The notes under the pieces: generated by a model
Seen by the model: only the letters and a program-made list of their open reading frames with translations
Databases searched by the model: none
Told to the model about the DNA's origin: nothing
Source of the DNA: Eledone cirrhosa
Taxonomy: Eukaryota
Reading direction: 5' to 3'
DNA length: 64,000 nucleotides
NCBI GenBank assembly: GCA_964016885.1
Contig: OZ024757.1
Coordinates: 32,860,001 to 32,924,000, forward strand
Part shown: positions 1 to 14,057 of the stretch, piece after piece
How the letters are laid out: each line of letters opens with the position of its first letter
Numbering within the stretch: position 1 is the first letter of the stretch
Made by a program: the position numbers and the translations under genes

Positions 1-554
1 GCATGCTCTCAGAAGCAAGTGGATGACACAGAAAGTACTGAGGAGGAATTTCAGGAATCGCAAAATTGGGACTGATGCTTCTGCTGCACAAAATGGAAGC
101 ATCTGGACCTTGACCAGGGACACTATCAATGACACAACATCTGCAGGTTGATGGCTATCAGTGGCTGGAATGATGGCTATCAGTAGCTAGATTGATGGCT
201 ATTGGTAGCCATCAGTGGCTTGAATGATAGATGGATTGATGGCTATTTATAATGCAAATGGTGTCTGGATGGATGGACGGAATCACGGCTATCAAGACTG
301 GATTAATGGCTGTCAATGGTTGGACAGATGGCCTGGTTGATAGCTAGCTCAATGGCTGGACAGATGGCCTGGTTGATAGCTAGCTCAATGGCTGAATCGA
401 TGGCTTGATTTACGGCTATTGATGGCTAGATTGACGACTTCGAATGATAGTTATTGATGGTTGGGTTAATGGTTTGAATGCTGGAGAGATGGCAAGATTG
501 TTGGCTGTCAATGGTTGTATTGAAAAATACAAAAGATACACATTAAACTGTACA

Positions 555-600
555 GATGTTAACTTATACACATACAAGATATGTACAGACAATAATATTA

Positions 601-631
<31 letters not shown>

Positions 632-1207
632 ACATATGTACAGATGATAATATTGACACACACACACACAACATATGTACAGACAATGATATTCACACAC
701 ACACACACACAACATATGTACAGATGATAATATTGACACACACACACACACAACATATGTACAGACAATGATATTCACACACACACACACAACTTATGTA
801 CAGATGGTAATATTGACATACACATACACAACATATGTACAGACAATGATATTCACACACACACACACAACTTATGTACAGACAATGATATTCACACACA
901 CACACACAACATATGTACAGACAATGATATTCACACACACACACACACAACATATGTACAGACAATGATATTCACACACACACACACACAACATATGTAC
1001 AGACAATGATATTCACACACACACACACACAACATATGTACAGATGGTAATATTGACACACACACACACACACTGACACTGATATTCACACACACACACA
1101 CACATTGTATATACAGGCAATAATATTCACACACAATATATATGTACTGGCAATAAATAATATTGACACACACGTACACATACAACATATGTACAGACAA
1201 TGGTATT

Positions 1208-1240
<33 letters not shown>

Positions 1241-1790
1241 CATATGTACAGACAGTAATATCCATACACACACACATACACATAACAGAATAATATCCAC
1301 ACATATCCATACACACACATACATATAACAGTCAATAATATTCACAAGCACACACATACAATAAGATTCACACACACATACAATAATATTCACACTCACA
1401 TACACACACATGCAATAATATTCACACACACACATGTAATAATATTCACACACACACACATGCAATAATATTCACACACACATGCAATAAGATTCAGACT
1501 CACATACAATAATATTCACACACACACACATGCAATAATATTCACACTCACATACAATAATATTCACACACACACACATGCAATAATATTCACACTCACA
1601 TACACACATGCAATAAGATTCACACACACATACAATAATTGTTTCTACAAGGCCAGCAATTACCCAGTGCATTACTGGTACTTTATACAATAATATTCAC
1701 ACACACATACAATAATATTCACATACACACAATAGTACTCACATACACACAACACACAATAATATTTACTCACACATACACACAAAGACA
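555..1790. repeat. Compound minisatellite: ~40-42 bp unit (acaacatatgtacagacaatgatatt + variable (CA)n) grading into a shorter caataatattc(ac)n unit
   Basis: Repeated unit is directly visible; it is the source of the spurious Cys/Val and His/Thr-rich ORFs. Confidence 0.9.
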
Positions 1791-2120
1791 TGCCCAGGCA
1801 GTAAGACATACAGACATACAGATGGTACACTAATACACATACATTCCTCCCCCAACACAGGCAATAACATTAAAGTAATATTTTTATCCATATTGTTGTT
1901 AAAACAGAGACAAAAAAAGCATCTTTTACCATTTTTTTTAATTTCAATAAAATAATTTATATGAAGTTTTCACAATCCAAGAATTGGATTTTCTGTGTCA
2001 TCTCTCCTCCTCCTCATCATCATCATCAGCAGCAGCAGCACCAACAACACCACCGCCACTATGTAAGGTTTGGAATCATAGGGGCACTGTAGTGACTCAA
2101 AGCATGTATTGGGCATTTAA

Positions 2121-2330
2121 CCCTTTAGCATTTACATTACTCTATATATATACTATTATATTTTCACCGTAAAGGCTTTACCTCACATAATATTGAATCT
2201 ATAAGATTTTGATATTATTTATTTTGGGAACAATACCTTAACATCAGTATGAGCAGTTGGTTACAACCAGTTTGAACAGAAAGAGGTGAGAGAATTCTGG
2301 CCGGATACACCCGGTTTAAATGCTAAAGGG
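2121..2330. mobile_element. piggyBac-type MITE (CCCTTTAGCATT TIR, TTAA TSD)
   Basis: ttaa|ccctttagcatt ... aatgctaaaggg|ttaa; family recurs about 10 times in the window. Confidence 0.85.
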
Positions 2331-2585
2331 TTAATGCACTTGAGAAGTGAGATAAAATTATAAATATAAAATTTTGAGCTTTGCTCTTCTTCAGAAAATT
2401 GAGAAAGAAAAGAAAGGAGACATAGAAAAAAAAACAATGTTTGGAAAGATAATCAGTTGACATTCCACTGACATGCTTCTGGATACCTTTACAGTCTCAT
2501 AGATCAGTATAGTTGTTACAGCTGGACCCTGCACTGTCATCGGCATAGAGGATTTGCTTTTTCAATAGCCAGTCTTGTCTGTTAA

Positions 2586-2772
2586 CCCTTTAGCATTTAA
2601 ACCAGCCATATCCAGCCAGAATTCTCTCACCTCTTTCTGTTAAAACTGGCTGCTCATTAGGTATTGTTCTGAAAATCTCATAGATTCAATATTATATGAG
2701 ATATTTATATAAGATAAAGACTTTACCGCAAAAATACAATAGTAAATATAGAGTAATGTAAATGCTAAAGGG
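2586..2772. mobile_element. piggyBac-type MITE, opposite orientation to 2121-2330
   Basis: Same TIR and TTAA TSD; internal sequence is the reverse complement of the 2121 copy. Confidence 0.85.
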
Positions 2773-3199
2773 TTAATCCTGATGTTGTATGATCTTGCTT
2801 GATAGAAATGGTTTGATATGACGGATGCTGGCCCTCAGGAGTTCCTCAACCCTTTCGTAAAGGATGTAAATTTCATTTTCTAACCAGTATCCTTTGCTCG
2901 TACAACAGGCACCAGGCTCAGTCAGATAGTGGACTGTTTGTGCTTATTATTTGTGCCAACTAATCAGTGTTGTTAGCATTTCTGTGCTTGTTGTTGCATG
3001 CCTATACCTATAATGCTAAAAGAGGCAAGCTGCTGTAACCCATGGTTGCAATGGCTACACAGGGGACATGTTGTCAATACCTGAGCAAAGACCAGCATGA
3101 ACCCCGATCAACTGGAAATACCCACTTTCCCTACTATATCCTGACAGTGTTGCAAATGTTCAACCCATCAAGTGGAGCTAGAGGAGTGTTTTGGTCATA

Positions 3200-3330
3200 A
3201 TGAACAGTACAACATTCTTGTAAACATTTATATAGAAGCCATTGATTGGAACATTGGTAATTTGCAAATCAAAGAGGCTCTTTTTATCAACAATTATAAA
3301 CCTAGTTTTAACAACAGATCTGGGTTATAT
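3200..3330 (+). mobile_element. Probable Penelope-like GIY-YIG endonuclease C-terminal remnant
   Basis: Translates ...LQIKEALFINNYKPSFNNRSG, resembling the 'IKEALxIxxxKPxLN' end of PLE GIY-YIG domains. Confidence 0.5.
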
Positions 3331-3363
3331 GGAACCAACTGTCTATTGTGACTGATCTGTACA

Positions 3364-3527
3364 CAGGGCCTCCAAGAGAAATTTTGCAAGGTGTCACAAG
3401 ACTCCTTTGGGACCTGAAACAGGCAAAGATTTTTCTCAAAATGGATGTTGCATGGTTGCTGTGGGGCCTTCTTAGTTCTTGGGGCCCCAGAACCAAGTAC
3501 TGGCTGGACCCCCTCTCATAGGCCCTG
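3364..3527. mobile_element. hAT-type MITE
   Basis: CAGGGCCT...AGGCCCTG termini; 8-bp TSD tctgtaca/cctgtaca; second copy at 32194-32352. Confidence 0.8.
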
Positions 3528-3780
3528 CCTGTACATGTCAACTTTCCAACAAGGACAATCACACAACAAAGAATAGCTCATAAGAAAAAAAGGTTCAGAT
3601 TTTTCTTCATTCGTAAAAAAGGTTCTAAACTCAAAATACTATAAAATATTGGATAAAACTATTGTTTTGTTTTCTCATTCTTACTTTCCTCTATCCCTAC
3701 CATTGTTTACTATTCACTTTGTACCAGCTTACACCATTTATTTTTAATATATATATTCAGACTTTCTATATTTAGGTTGT

Positions 3781-4060
3781 GGAGGTGTGTGGTCTAGTGG
3801 TAAGGGTGTTGGGCTTACGATAATAATCTTGTGGGTTTGACTCCTGGGCTGGATTGCGTGTTATGTTCTTGAGCAAAAACACTTCATTTCATGTTGTTCC
3901 AGTATACTCAGTTGTGAGTACCAACAATAGCTGGGAGTTTAACCCTGCGATGGACTGGCGTCCTGTCCAGGGGGGGAGTCTTGTACTCTGTCGCTTCACG
4001 CCATGAAACCGGGATAAGCACTAGCCTAACAAGCGTTCTAACTTAAGACAGACTAGATCT
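3781..4060 (+). mobile_element. tRNA-derived SINE
   Basis: A box TGGTCTAGTGG, B box GGTTTGACTCC, CORE-like gttcttgagcaaaaacactt, then ccctgcgatggactggcgtcctgtccaggg; related copy on the minus strand at 31985-32420. Confidence 0.75.
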
Positions 4061-5435
4061 TTTAGATATATTTAGGTTGGTTGATTGTGAGTATATCCCA
4101 AGGGAAAGATGCTTGTGGAATGTACTTTTGAGTACTTTACTGAGATCTACCCATTAGTGATTTTGTATAAGATACTCTGTCTCTCTCTATATATATATAG
4201 CTAACCTTGTGCTTAAATCTCTCTCTCTATATATATATATATATCCTCCTAACTTTCACACACTACCTTCATGTACCTACCTGTTCTCTCCTTATCCAAA
4301 CTTTCCTGATGAAGGTCTTCCGTCCAAAACAGAACCCTCCTCCATTTCCTCGAAGTGTGAACCTAATGTGACTGTGTATTTTTGCATCCCTGTGTTTGTT
4401 TTGTTTCATTTATCAACTGTATATATATATATATATATAACTAAATAGAAAAACCCAAAAGACAATGAAGATATATATCATTTTCATGCTTAATATAGTA
4501 GTACGAAAAGTCTCAACGTTTCAGACGCTAGTCCTTCATCAGAAAATAGAATGATAAATTTAAGGAATAAAAAGATAGAGAGTGAGCTGAGGTAGAAACA
4601 AAAAAGAAATTCTTCAAGAAAAAGCAAGTTTGTTCATTTATTTATTCACTGAAAGAATCTCCACATATTTCCCAATGATACAGTTTTGTTCCTCTAATTA
4701 CTCTTATTTTGTCAACTGTTAGTTAATAATTCTCAAAGAATGATTTGCTAAATATCTTAGTGAAAAGGTTTCTCTCGGCAAAAAAAACATTTGTAGATTA
4801 AAAGATGATTCAAAGAGAATAATTTCTGACATATTTTGTCATGTCATTTGTATACGAGAGTCAGCTGACCAAGATACTCTCATGCAATGACCAAATGAAG
4901 TTTACTTTTCAAAGAGTCTCTGGAAAGAAACAATGCAGTTATTAGTAGAGTTGAAATTAATGCATGCAAGATTTTACAGCCCTAGCATCACTCCTTCATA
5001 GTCAGCCTATGAACTTTTCAGCTACCACCACCCCCATGCATATCATCATCTAACGTCTATCTTCCACTCTAGCATGGGTTAGACAGGTTTATCCTAATTG
5101 CAGGCTAGTTGGGTCGAGTGACCGTGTCTTGCTCATATAGGAGAGTTTCTGGCTGGTTTTCTATGGCAGGATGTCCTTCCTAACGGCAACCACATTGACA
5201 GTGTGTGTTGGGTGCTTTTTTGCCGTGTGTTTTACACGTCCACTTTAGTGTGTTTTGGGGCTGGGTACTTTTTGTCATGACACCTACATGATCACTTTAC
5301 AGTGTGGATTGGGCACCTTTGTTGTGTCACCGACACAACACAGTGGGGACTAGGGAGGGTGGAGGGCTTGGGGGAAAAAAGATGTGGATAGGGTAGTAGG
5401 GGAGGTGGGATGAGAGTGGAGGGTGCATATATATT

Positions 5436-5915
5436 ATTCTGTTGACAAAGAAGGGGTTCTCCCTGCGTACGAAAGGCCGGTTATATGATGCCTGTGTGAG
5501 ATGCACGGTAGTGAGACATGGGCAGCAACTACAGAGGATATGCGACGGCTGGAGAGAAATGAAGCAAGCATGCTCTGTTGGATGTGCAATGTCAATGTGC
5601 ATGAACGACCAAGCATAGATGAGTTGAGAGAGAAACTGTATAAGAGGGATAAGTTGTGGTGTGCGGGAAAGAAGACTGAGATGGTATGGACATGTGATTC
5701 GCGTGGAGGATGACCACTGGGGAAAAGAAGTGCCAAGAAATCCCAGTAGAGGAAGACCACGAAAAACATGGGCAGAAGTGGTGAGAGCAGACCTCAGATC
5801 GCTGAAGATCGTGGAGATGACGAAGGACCGTGACAAGTGGAGGGATGCTGTGCTGAATAGGACCCATCCCACCTTTGCAAGCAAGGAAAAGTAAACGTAA
5901 AACGATGATGATGAA
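5436..5915 (+). mobile_element. RTE-clade LINE 3' fragment
   Basis: Frameshifted ORF2 C-terminus (HGSETW...RLERNEASML...RLRWYGHV...RGRPRKTW) ending in a (GAT)n tail; abuts a minus-strand RTE 3' UTR fragment at ~5040-5400. Confidence 0.85.
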
Positions 5916-5960
5916 TGTAATTATTGGTGAATGAGTTTAAAATTGCAAGAGAAGGATTTG

Positions 5961-7187
<1,227 letters not shown>

Positions 7188-8810
7188 ATTCACACTAAAG
7201 GAATTCTTAAAAGGCAAGAACTTTCTGACTATAATCTATTAGATTATAGATTATGTGTTGCTGAATACACATATATTGTTGTAGACAAAAAGACTTCTAT
7301 TTCTACGTTAATAAATGTAGTTGTAGTTAATGAACGGTATGTTGTGTGTGTATGTATGTACATATCTTTTGTTCTGGCAGTGGTACGTTTGTCCTCCCCT
7401 TTCACTTGTCTTTTGTTGTATCTGGTCCTAGATGTGCGTATTACCTGCTTGTTTCTTTTCTCTTTTTTTTATCTGTAATATTAGGTTTTTTATGTAGATA
7501 TTTAAAATCATCTACTATATATATATACGTATGTGTGTGATGGCCTCTCCCGTCGTATGAGGGTTCAAGTCTTCTCAGTACAATTTATTTATAATTATGT
7601 CTTAAATGGCTCCTTAGTTAGGCTGCTGGTTTACACACCAAGCCGTATTTAGTGCGGATTACTGGATTTTTAAATAATCTTCTCTTTAGTTTAGGGTTAA
7701 GAAAGATTCAACCATTTGTTGGTTATTAAATTCTGAAAAGAGAGACGAAAGCAATTCACAATGTACCTCAAGTTCGTGGTAAAATGAAACATTTAAACAT
7801 GTAGGTGATGGAGCATCATCACTGAAACTTGTAGGTCACCGTAAGTTATCCATAAATACTATTGATCATCTTAACTTCAAATAATTACTACATATGATAA
7901 AATTGAATTTTAATCATACTTTACCCTCGCATAAATGACCCTAGTGACGTGTGTTTAAGATCTCTAACGTCATATAATACATTGAGAAATACCTTAAATT
8001 ATAACCAACTCACGGTAAATAAAGAAAATATCACCCAGCAAAATAACAATTGTTTTTACCTGCATTAGATTAAACAAGTGGAAAGAAACCTAGTTAAAAT
8101 TTGGACCGGTCGTAATGGTCAATGGAAAAATGCAACTATGTTTTCTGGATTACCGAAACGAAAAATAAATCTTGCATTCCCTACGTTATGTACAACACAT
8201 CATATAATTAGTGTTATAACTAAATAAATTTGGAATATAGTTCATAAATATGATAACGACTATCTCGTATAAAACACTAAATTGTAAGAAATTATATTTT
8301 CTCAAGTCGAAACCTTAAATGTGTGGTTAATAAGATGGGTTGGAGAATAACAAGAAAATTGGGTCAATTTTTTTATTATTATTACGGGTGTTATGGAATT
8401 TGTCAGTGAGGGAACTATAGAAAACTAATAATTTCCGATGGTTCTGAATGCTATATTCGTTCAAAACATCAAAAATTCACAAGAAAAACAAAACATTTCA
8501 CCTTCGAAACTTATCAATTAACTACCCTTAATACTAATTTTTCTCAGAGATGGGTGTAATTGTAAACATTTACCCCAAATTATATTTATATTACAGTTAA
8601 TTAATCGGATTGCCTGTTGTGCAAACCATTAAGATACGGGGGCCGTTTTGAAAAAGTTGTATATATGTATGTATACTACCATCTATCTACATATATACCT
8701 CCGTCTATAGATATGTAAATTAAATGTATAACCAACACAAAGAAACCAACTCAACCCAAAACAAAAGCCCAATTCCCCTCCTCTATTTGTATCAGAAACT
8801 AGAATATTCT

Positions 8811-9072
8811 TGTGGGGCTGCCTAGGAGGAGATTGCCGAAAAATGGGGAAAATTCTTTAAACGCCGAAATTGCTCGTAGCAGGAGGTATTCGGACTTACC
8901 TTGCGGTAAATCCAACTATGCTTTTCACAAAACACGGCTGCACACCACGGGAACTGCTGGCATAAAGGGGCCATAGAGTAGCCCGTCAACAGTCGTGTAA
9001 CGTGATTCGTCCTCACGCCTCCGGTCAGGCGTCCCCCAACTTTCGGCAATCTTCCCCTACGGCAGCGCTACA
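8811..9072. mobile_element. 262-bp TG...CA element with ~40-bp imperfect TIRs and 5-bp TSD (Ginger-like MITE or solo LTR)
   Basis: attct|tgtggggctgcctaggaggagattgccgaaa ... tttcggcaatcttcccctacggcagcgctaca|attct; GC- and CpG-rich. Confidence 0.75.
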
Positions 9073-9292
9073 ATTCTAAAATACACAACAATAAAGAAAA
9101 TATTCAGTTTTGTTGGATTTTGAATTCGAGATTAAGTCACAACAGAGTTGTCTCCCCTAGTAATAACCAATAGGTTCGTTACTGAATTTATTTTTTAATT
9201 TAATTTTCTCCGTTCAGTACGTTAGTGAGTCGACCGTATCATCGAAGCTAGTAGCTCTATAATCTTCACATTGTCAGTTTCGCACCCCTTTA

Positions 9293-9527
9293 ATTGCTGA
9301 AGCATGGAACAAACTACCTGCATCGGTTGTTAGCCGTCGGGACTCTGTATCCTTCAGAACAGCCATGCTTCTTTAAATTCGCCAACACTACACCTGATAT
9401 TCCCCCTCCATACACACGCATGTGTCTATGTGTATATCATAACTCATACACTGTTCACTTTCTTGACATTTGTACATTATTCTATGTATTATATATGCAC
9501 CTGATCATTGTACATAATAATTTTCAT
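9293..9527 (+). mobile_element. CR1-type LINE 3' end fragment
   Basis: gaagcatggaacaaactacctgcatc... plus 3' UTR matching the reverse complement of the 17036-18350 region. Confidence 0.8.
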
Positions 9528-9528
9528 T

Positions 9529-9712
9529 TGGCAGTATCGGTAGAAGGTCGTACGTCATGCTTTGCAGCATAGAGTTACACCCCTTTATGGTATGAGTTCA
9601 AATCCTACTGAAGTTAACTTTGCCTTTCATCCTTGCGGGGTCGATAAAATAAAGCACCAGTAATGTATTGGGTAATTGCTGGCCTTGTGCCAAAAGTAGA
9701 AACAATTATTTA
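9529..9712 (+). mobile_element. tRNA-derived SINE, family 2
   Basis: A box tggcagtatcggtaga, B box gagttcaaatcc, central gcctttcatccttgcggggtcgataaaataaag. Copies at ~12694-12875(-), 26781-26975(-), 34960-35420, 58608-58797 and 63431-63622. Confidence 0.8.
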
Positions 9713-9929
9713 TTATTTCATAACTATTTTTTCCGGCAGAGCTGTTCTGCTAGAGAACGGATCACAGGTAGGGGATAGCTAAACGGCCACCAGATACGAT
9801 GGATAGTTGCGATATATCCAGGCACCTGTGGGATAAATAAGTGAGACAAGGAAAGAATCATACTGCATCATCTTTCATGTGGGTTAACATAAGGTGCGTT
9901 CAGACCTTAAGTAGAGGGGCCTGTTTGAA

Positions 9930-10735
9930 AAACATACTGCAGTCTCCATTTCAAAGGATGTGGACTATCACCTCTCCTGTTCATTATTTTCAAGAACAGG
10001 ATTAACATGCTCAGCCAGATTGGAGGTGGTATCGTGACTGGCTGGTTTAAGATCAGTCGGCTGGAATTTGCAGACAACATGGTATTACTTAACTCATCAG
10101 AAAGAGATCTCCAACATGCACTTGATAGGTTTGATGCCGAGTACTGCATGGTTGGAATGAAAATCAGTGCTGTGAAGAGTGAGACACTCGTCCTCACAAA
10201 GAAGCTTATGCAGTGCACTCTTAATATAAATAGAGGCACAGCTTCAGCATTCAGTAATCAGACGAAGGTGGGTAGGTGTGAAAACCAAACTCACTATCTT
10301 CAATTTGGTATTCATGCCAACCCTTATCTATGGTCATGAATCTTGGGTAATGACCGAAAGAATACAAGTGGCCAAAATGAAGTTCCTCCGAAAGGACTTT
10401 GGAGTGATGTTGCTTGATAGAGTGTGTAGCTCAGAGATAAGAGAGTCACTCCAGGTAGAGCTGCTACTTCGCTGAATCAAGAGATCACAACTCCGATATT
10501 ACAAGCTTGTGGTTAGAATGTCTCAGGAAAGAATTACTGGACGGATTTTACAGGTAAAAACTAATCAATAGGAGACCCAGAGCAAGATAGTAGGATAACA
10601 TCCATGAGCCCAGCTGGTCTAGCTTGAGGATCCAGCCAGATCAGTTGGAGATGGTTGCTTCTAACAGGACCCGCTGGAAGTAGCCTTTCGGGATCTGCCC
10701 CATGACCCTCTCAGGAATATGTGGGCAAAGAAGAT
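9930..10735 (+). mobile_element. Degenerate RTE-clade (Rex3/Expander-like) LINE ORF2 fragment
   Basis: LEFADNMVLL...DLQHALDRF...PTLIYGHESWVMTERIQ...EIRESLQVELLLR; shorter related fragments at 22620-22897 and 49345-49665. Confidence 0.75.
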
Positions 10736-11025
10736 ATAACTATCTAAAAAATGTTGTTATGCTTGAATTCCTTTCTCCTTTTCCTTCACTTTAGAACATA
10801 CAATAGTCATATGGCTTCTGTGGTTGCTCTACCAGCCATATCTTCCTCAACAAATGGTAAATATCAAGTATCTTCTTAACCTTTAACTTCCTATTTAGAA
10901 AGTGGCTGGGTTATCCTTGACTTTGTAGTTCAAAACAAGATAACCAAAATATCACGTTGGATTCATTAGATGAGAATTTGAGTTTTCCACTGACACACAC
11001 ACACACACACATATATATATCGTAT

Positions 11026-11206
11026 CCCTTTAGAATTTAAACCAGAATTCTCTCACCTCTTTCTGTTCAACCTGGCCACTCATATTGATGTTATGGTATT
11101 GTTCTCAAACAAAATATCAAAATCTCATAGATTTGATATTATGTGAGGTAAAGCCTTTACTGTGAAAATATAATAGTAAATATAGAGTAATATAAATTCT
11201 AAAGGG
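11026..11206. mobile_element. piggyBac-type MITE
   Basis: ccctttagaatttaaaccag ... aattctaaaggg|ttaa. Confidence 0.75.
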
Positions 11207-11455
11207 TTAAATCATCATCATAGTTTAATGTTCGTTTTCCCTAATAATAAGGGTTGAAGATGTCATTACAGACCGGTCAGTACTCAAGCCAAACCACTGA
11301 CCTCCAGGTGAACCAGTAGACCAATATATGATTCTGTACTCTGCTGACAGCATTCTGTCATGGAACCAACAGTAGGGATGTTGTCATGTACTTGATAGAT
11401 CTAAAGAGTCCTCCTGACTCTTTCTTTGGAATGTTTTCTAAAGCTGGGTGCCATT

Positions 11456-12232
11456 CATCATCATCATCATCACCGTTTTACATCCGTTCTTCCATGCTAG
11501 CATGGGTTAGACGGGTTGTCTTGTTGTGGGCAGTGTCTGGTCGGCTGACCATGCCTTGCTCATACAGGAACTGATTTTGGCTTGATTTCTACAGCTGGAT
11601 GCCCTTCCTAACACCAACCTCATTTACATTGAGTGCTGGGTACTTTTTTTCCGTGGCGCCTTCACGTCCACTTTACAGTGTGGGCTGGGTGCTTTTTTGC
11701 AGTGGGAAGGTGTGGGGGCTTATTGTCTATATGCTTCAGATTGTACCCATGGGAGGTCGGGTACTCTGTATTACTGCGTGACGCCAGAGGTCACGGTCAT
11801 GTGTCATCGCCTTTGAGAGGTGTAATTGGGTAAGGTTGGCTTTTATCACCTCATCCCAAGTCTTCTTGGGTCTCCCCACTCCGTGGTTTCCATTGACTTC
11901 TAGTGCTCTGCACCTTTTTATGCAGCTGTCATCCTACATATGCATCACATGTCCATACCAATGCAACCGCCTCTCCTGCACACAGCATTTGATTCCTCTT
12001 ATGCTCAGTCTCTCTCTCAATTCATTTATGCTTTGCCGTTCGCGTATATTACTATTACACATCCATCAAAGCATGCAGGCTTCATTTCTTTCTAATCTAC
12101 GTAAGTCTTCCACCTTCAGCACCCAGGTCTCACTACCATGTAACATTGCTGTTCGGATACACGCATTATACAGTCTGCCTTTCATTTTGAGGGAGAAGCC
12201 TTTTGCAGCTAGGAGTGGCAGTAGTTCCCTCT
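11456..12232 (-). mobile_element. 5'-truncated RTE LINE
   Basis: RELLPLLAAKGFSLKMKGRLYNACIRTAMLHGSETW... on the minus strand; 3' UTR motif acagctggatgcccttcc; (CAT)n tail at left. Confidence 0.85.
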
Positions 12233-12693
12233 TTAGTGTGTACTGGAAGATCATTTATCATGTAGATCACTAGGGAGGTTATCATGTCCATTATACAACA
12301 GAAAAATCCTCCCTGCTCTTTGTATGGCAAGTTTCCTACGGTCAGATACCCTTCCTATCACCAACCACTTTACAGTGTGTTCTGGGTCAGTATATTATGT
12401 GGATCACAAAACTACAGAGGTTGTTGTATCCCTGGCACAACTAAAGTGTCTTCTGGATCCTTTTTGGCAGTTTCTATAGCAGGGTGCTGTTCCCATTGCC
12501 TTACAGACTGTATTGTGTACATACTCATGTCACCAGAATTAGATTATGGTCATCATCGACTCAACTGAAAAGCCTTCTCTACCTGATGGATGGGAATGCG
12601 GCATATGTCATGGGCAGGTGCTAAATGTTGAGGGATTAGATGGAGGTGAGAGGAGGTTGATGGGTTACCTCCGAAAGTGTGGAAGGTATTATC

Positions 12694-12875
12694 ATAATTG
12701 TTTCTACTTTTGGCACAAGGCCAGCAATTATCACAGTGTATTACTGGTACTTTATTTTATCGACCCAGTAAGGATGAAAGGCAAAGTTAACCTCAGTGGG
12801 ATTTGAACTCAGACTGTAAAGGGACGTAACTACTCTAGCAAGCATGGTGTCCGACCCTCTACCAATACTAATAAC
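12694..12875 (-). mobile_element. tRNA-derived SINE, family 2
   Basis: Reverse complement of the 9529-9712 type. Confidence 0.75.
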
Positions 12876-14057
12876 AGCTATTTGGCGGCTATGACTGTTG
12901 TCAGATTTTAGGTTTGATCTCATGTAGAATGGGTGATAGTGTGGATTTTAGGATTTTGGAGGGATGGGGATGTATAGTGATGCTGGGAATAACTTACTAC
13001 AGAGCAAGGGCCGGTCAAGTTTTAGTTTGATAGACAAGTCTTCACCAGCACAACATAGCACCAGCTCTCACAGTCCATTGTCATCTGTTACATGAGTCAA
13101 TGATAGAATCCCTACTCTTAGCTGAACTTTAACCCCTCATATGTATATTTATTGCAAGAAACTGCATAATGAATCCGATGATCTATTTTACTTATAAAAT
13201 CAACCAACCCTACCAAATTTTTTAAATAATTCATTTGAGTTCTAAGTGTGATATTCGGCAAAAATGCTGCAAGTATACTTTCACACCTTATTTAATAGTT
13301 TTTCACCAAAGCAATTCTGCTTTTTACACCTGGACATCAGCTTGACGTCCCCACATGCACAGAGAAGATATAATTTTTAAGAGAAATAATTTTACAGTAA
13401 GAAATACCAAATATGAACGATATTCCTAAGCAAGGAAGATTTCAACCAAATATTGCTGCATCATCATTATCTTTGTCTATTTTCCATGTTGAATGAGTCA
13501 TGAGTTCAATTTTCAGCTAAGCTTCTACTGCTGGATGCACTTCTTAATATCAACCATTTCACAGAGTGTACTGGGTGCATCTTATGGTAGAATACTCACA
13601 CACATGCACATATATATGTATATAATGAACAACGGAATAGAAAGGTAAAAACGGAACAAAATCAAGTATGAAATTATTATTTACTCGTCGATTATTAGTT
13701 CATAATTCACAAAGAACGATTTTCCAAATATTTTAGTGAAAATATTTCTCTCAGGAAGAATACATTTGTAGATTAAAGGATAAAGTTCCCATAATTCCTT
13801 GTGGAATAGTCATACGCCATGCCTAGGGCATTTTAAAACCTGGCGGAGCCCAACTTTCTCCAGGTCTGAACACAGCTGATTTTTTTTCTGTAGAAGAATC
13901 GACCCCAGTACTGGACTGGTACTTTTTTTATCGACCTCCAAAGGATGAAAGGCAAAGTTGACCCCAGAGCGTGCAATGAGGCGGGACGATTACCAAAAAG
14001 CATTCTATCCGACGTCTTAACGACTCTGCCAATTTGCCGCCTCGATTATCGATACAG

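Noticed and set aside
140-520. Possible repetitive coding exon (gatggct-rich)
   Set aside because: Degenerate short-period repeat with stops in the frames examined and no recognisable product.
416-1833. Cys/Val- and His/Thr-rich ORFs (also near 16450-16967, 28325-28562, 36367-36595, 55655-56295, 59791-60168)
   Set aside because: They are translations of (CA)n, (TA)n and minisatellite DNA, not proteins.
3781-3860. tRNA gene (also heads near 42861, 50660, 58210)
   Set aside because: A and B boxes are present but there is no convincing cloverleaf; most continue into SINE bodies, so they are SINE heads or decayed relics.
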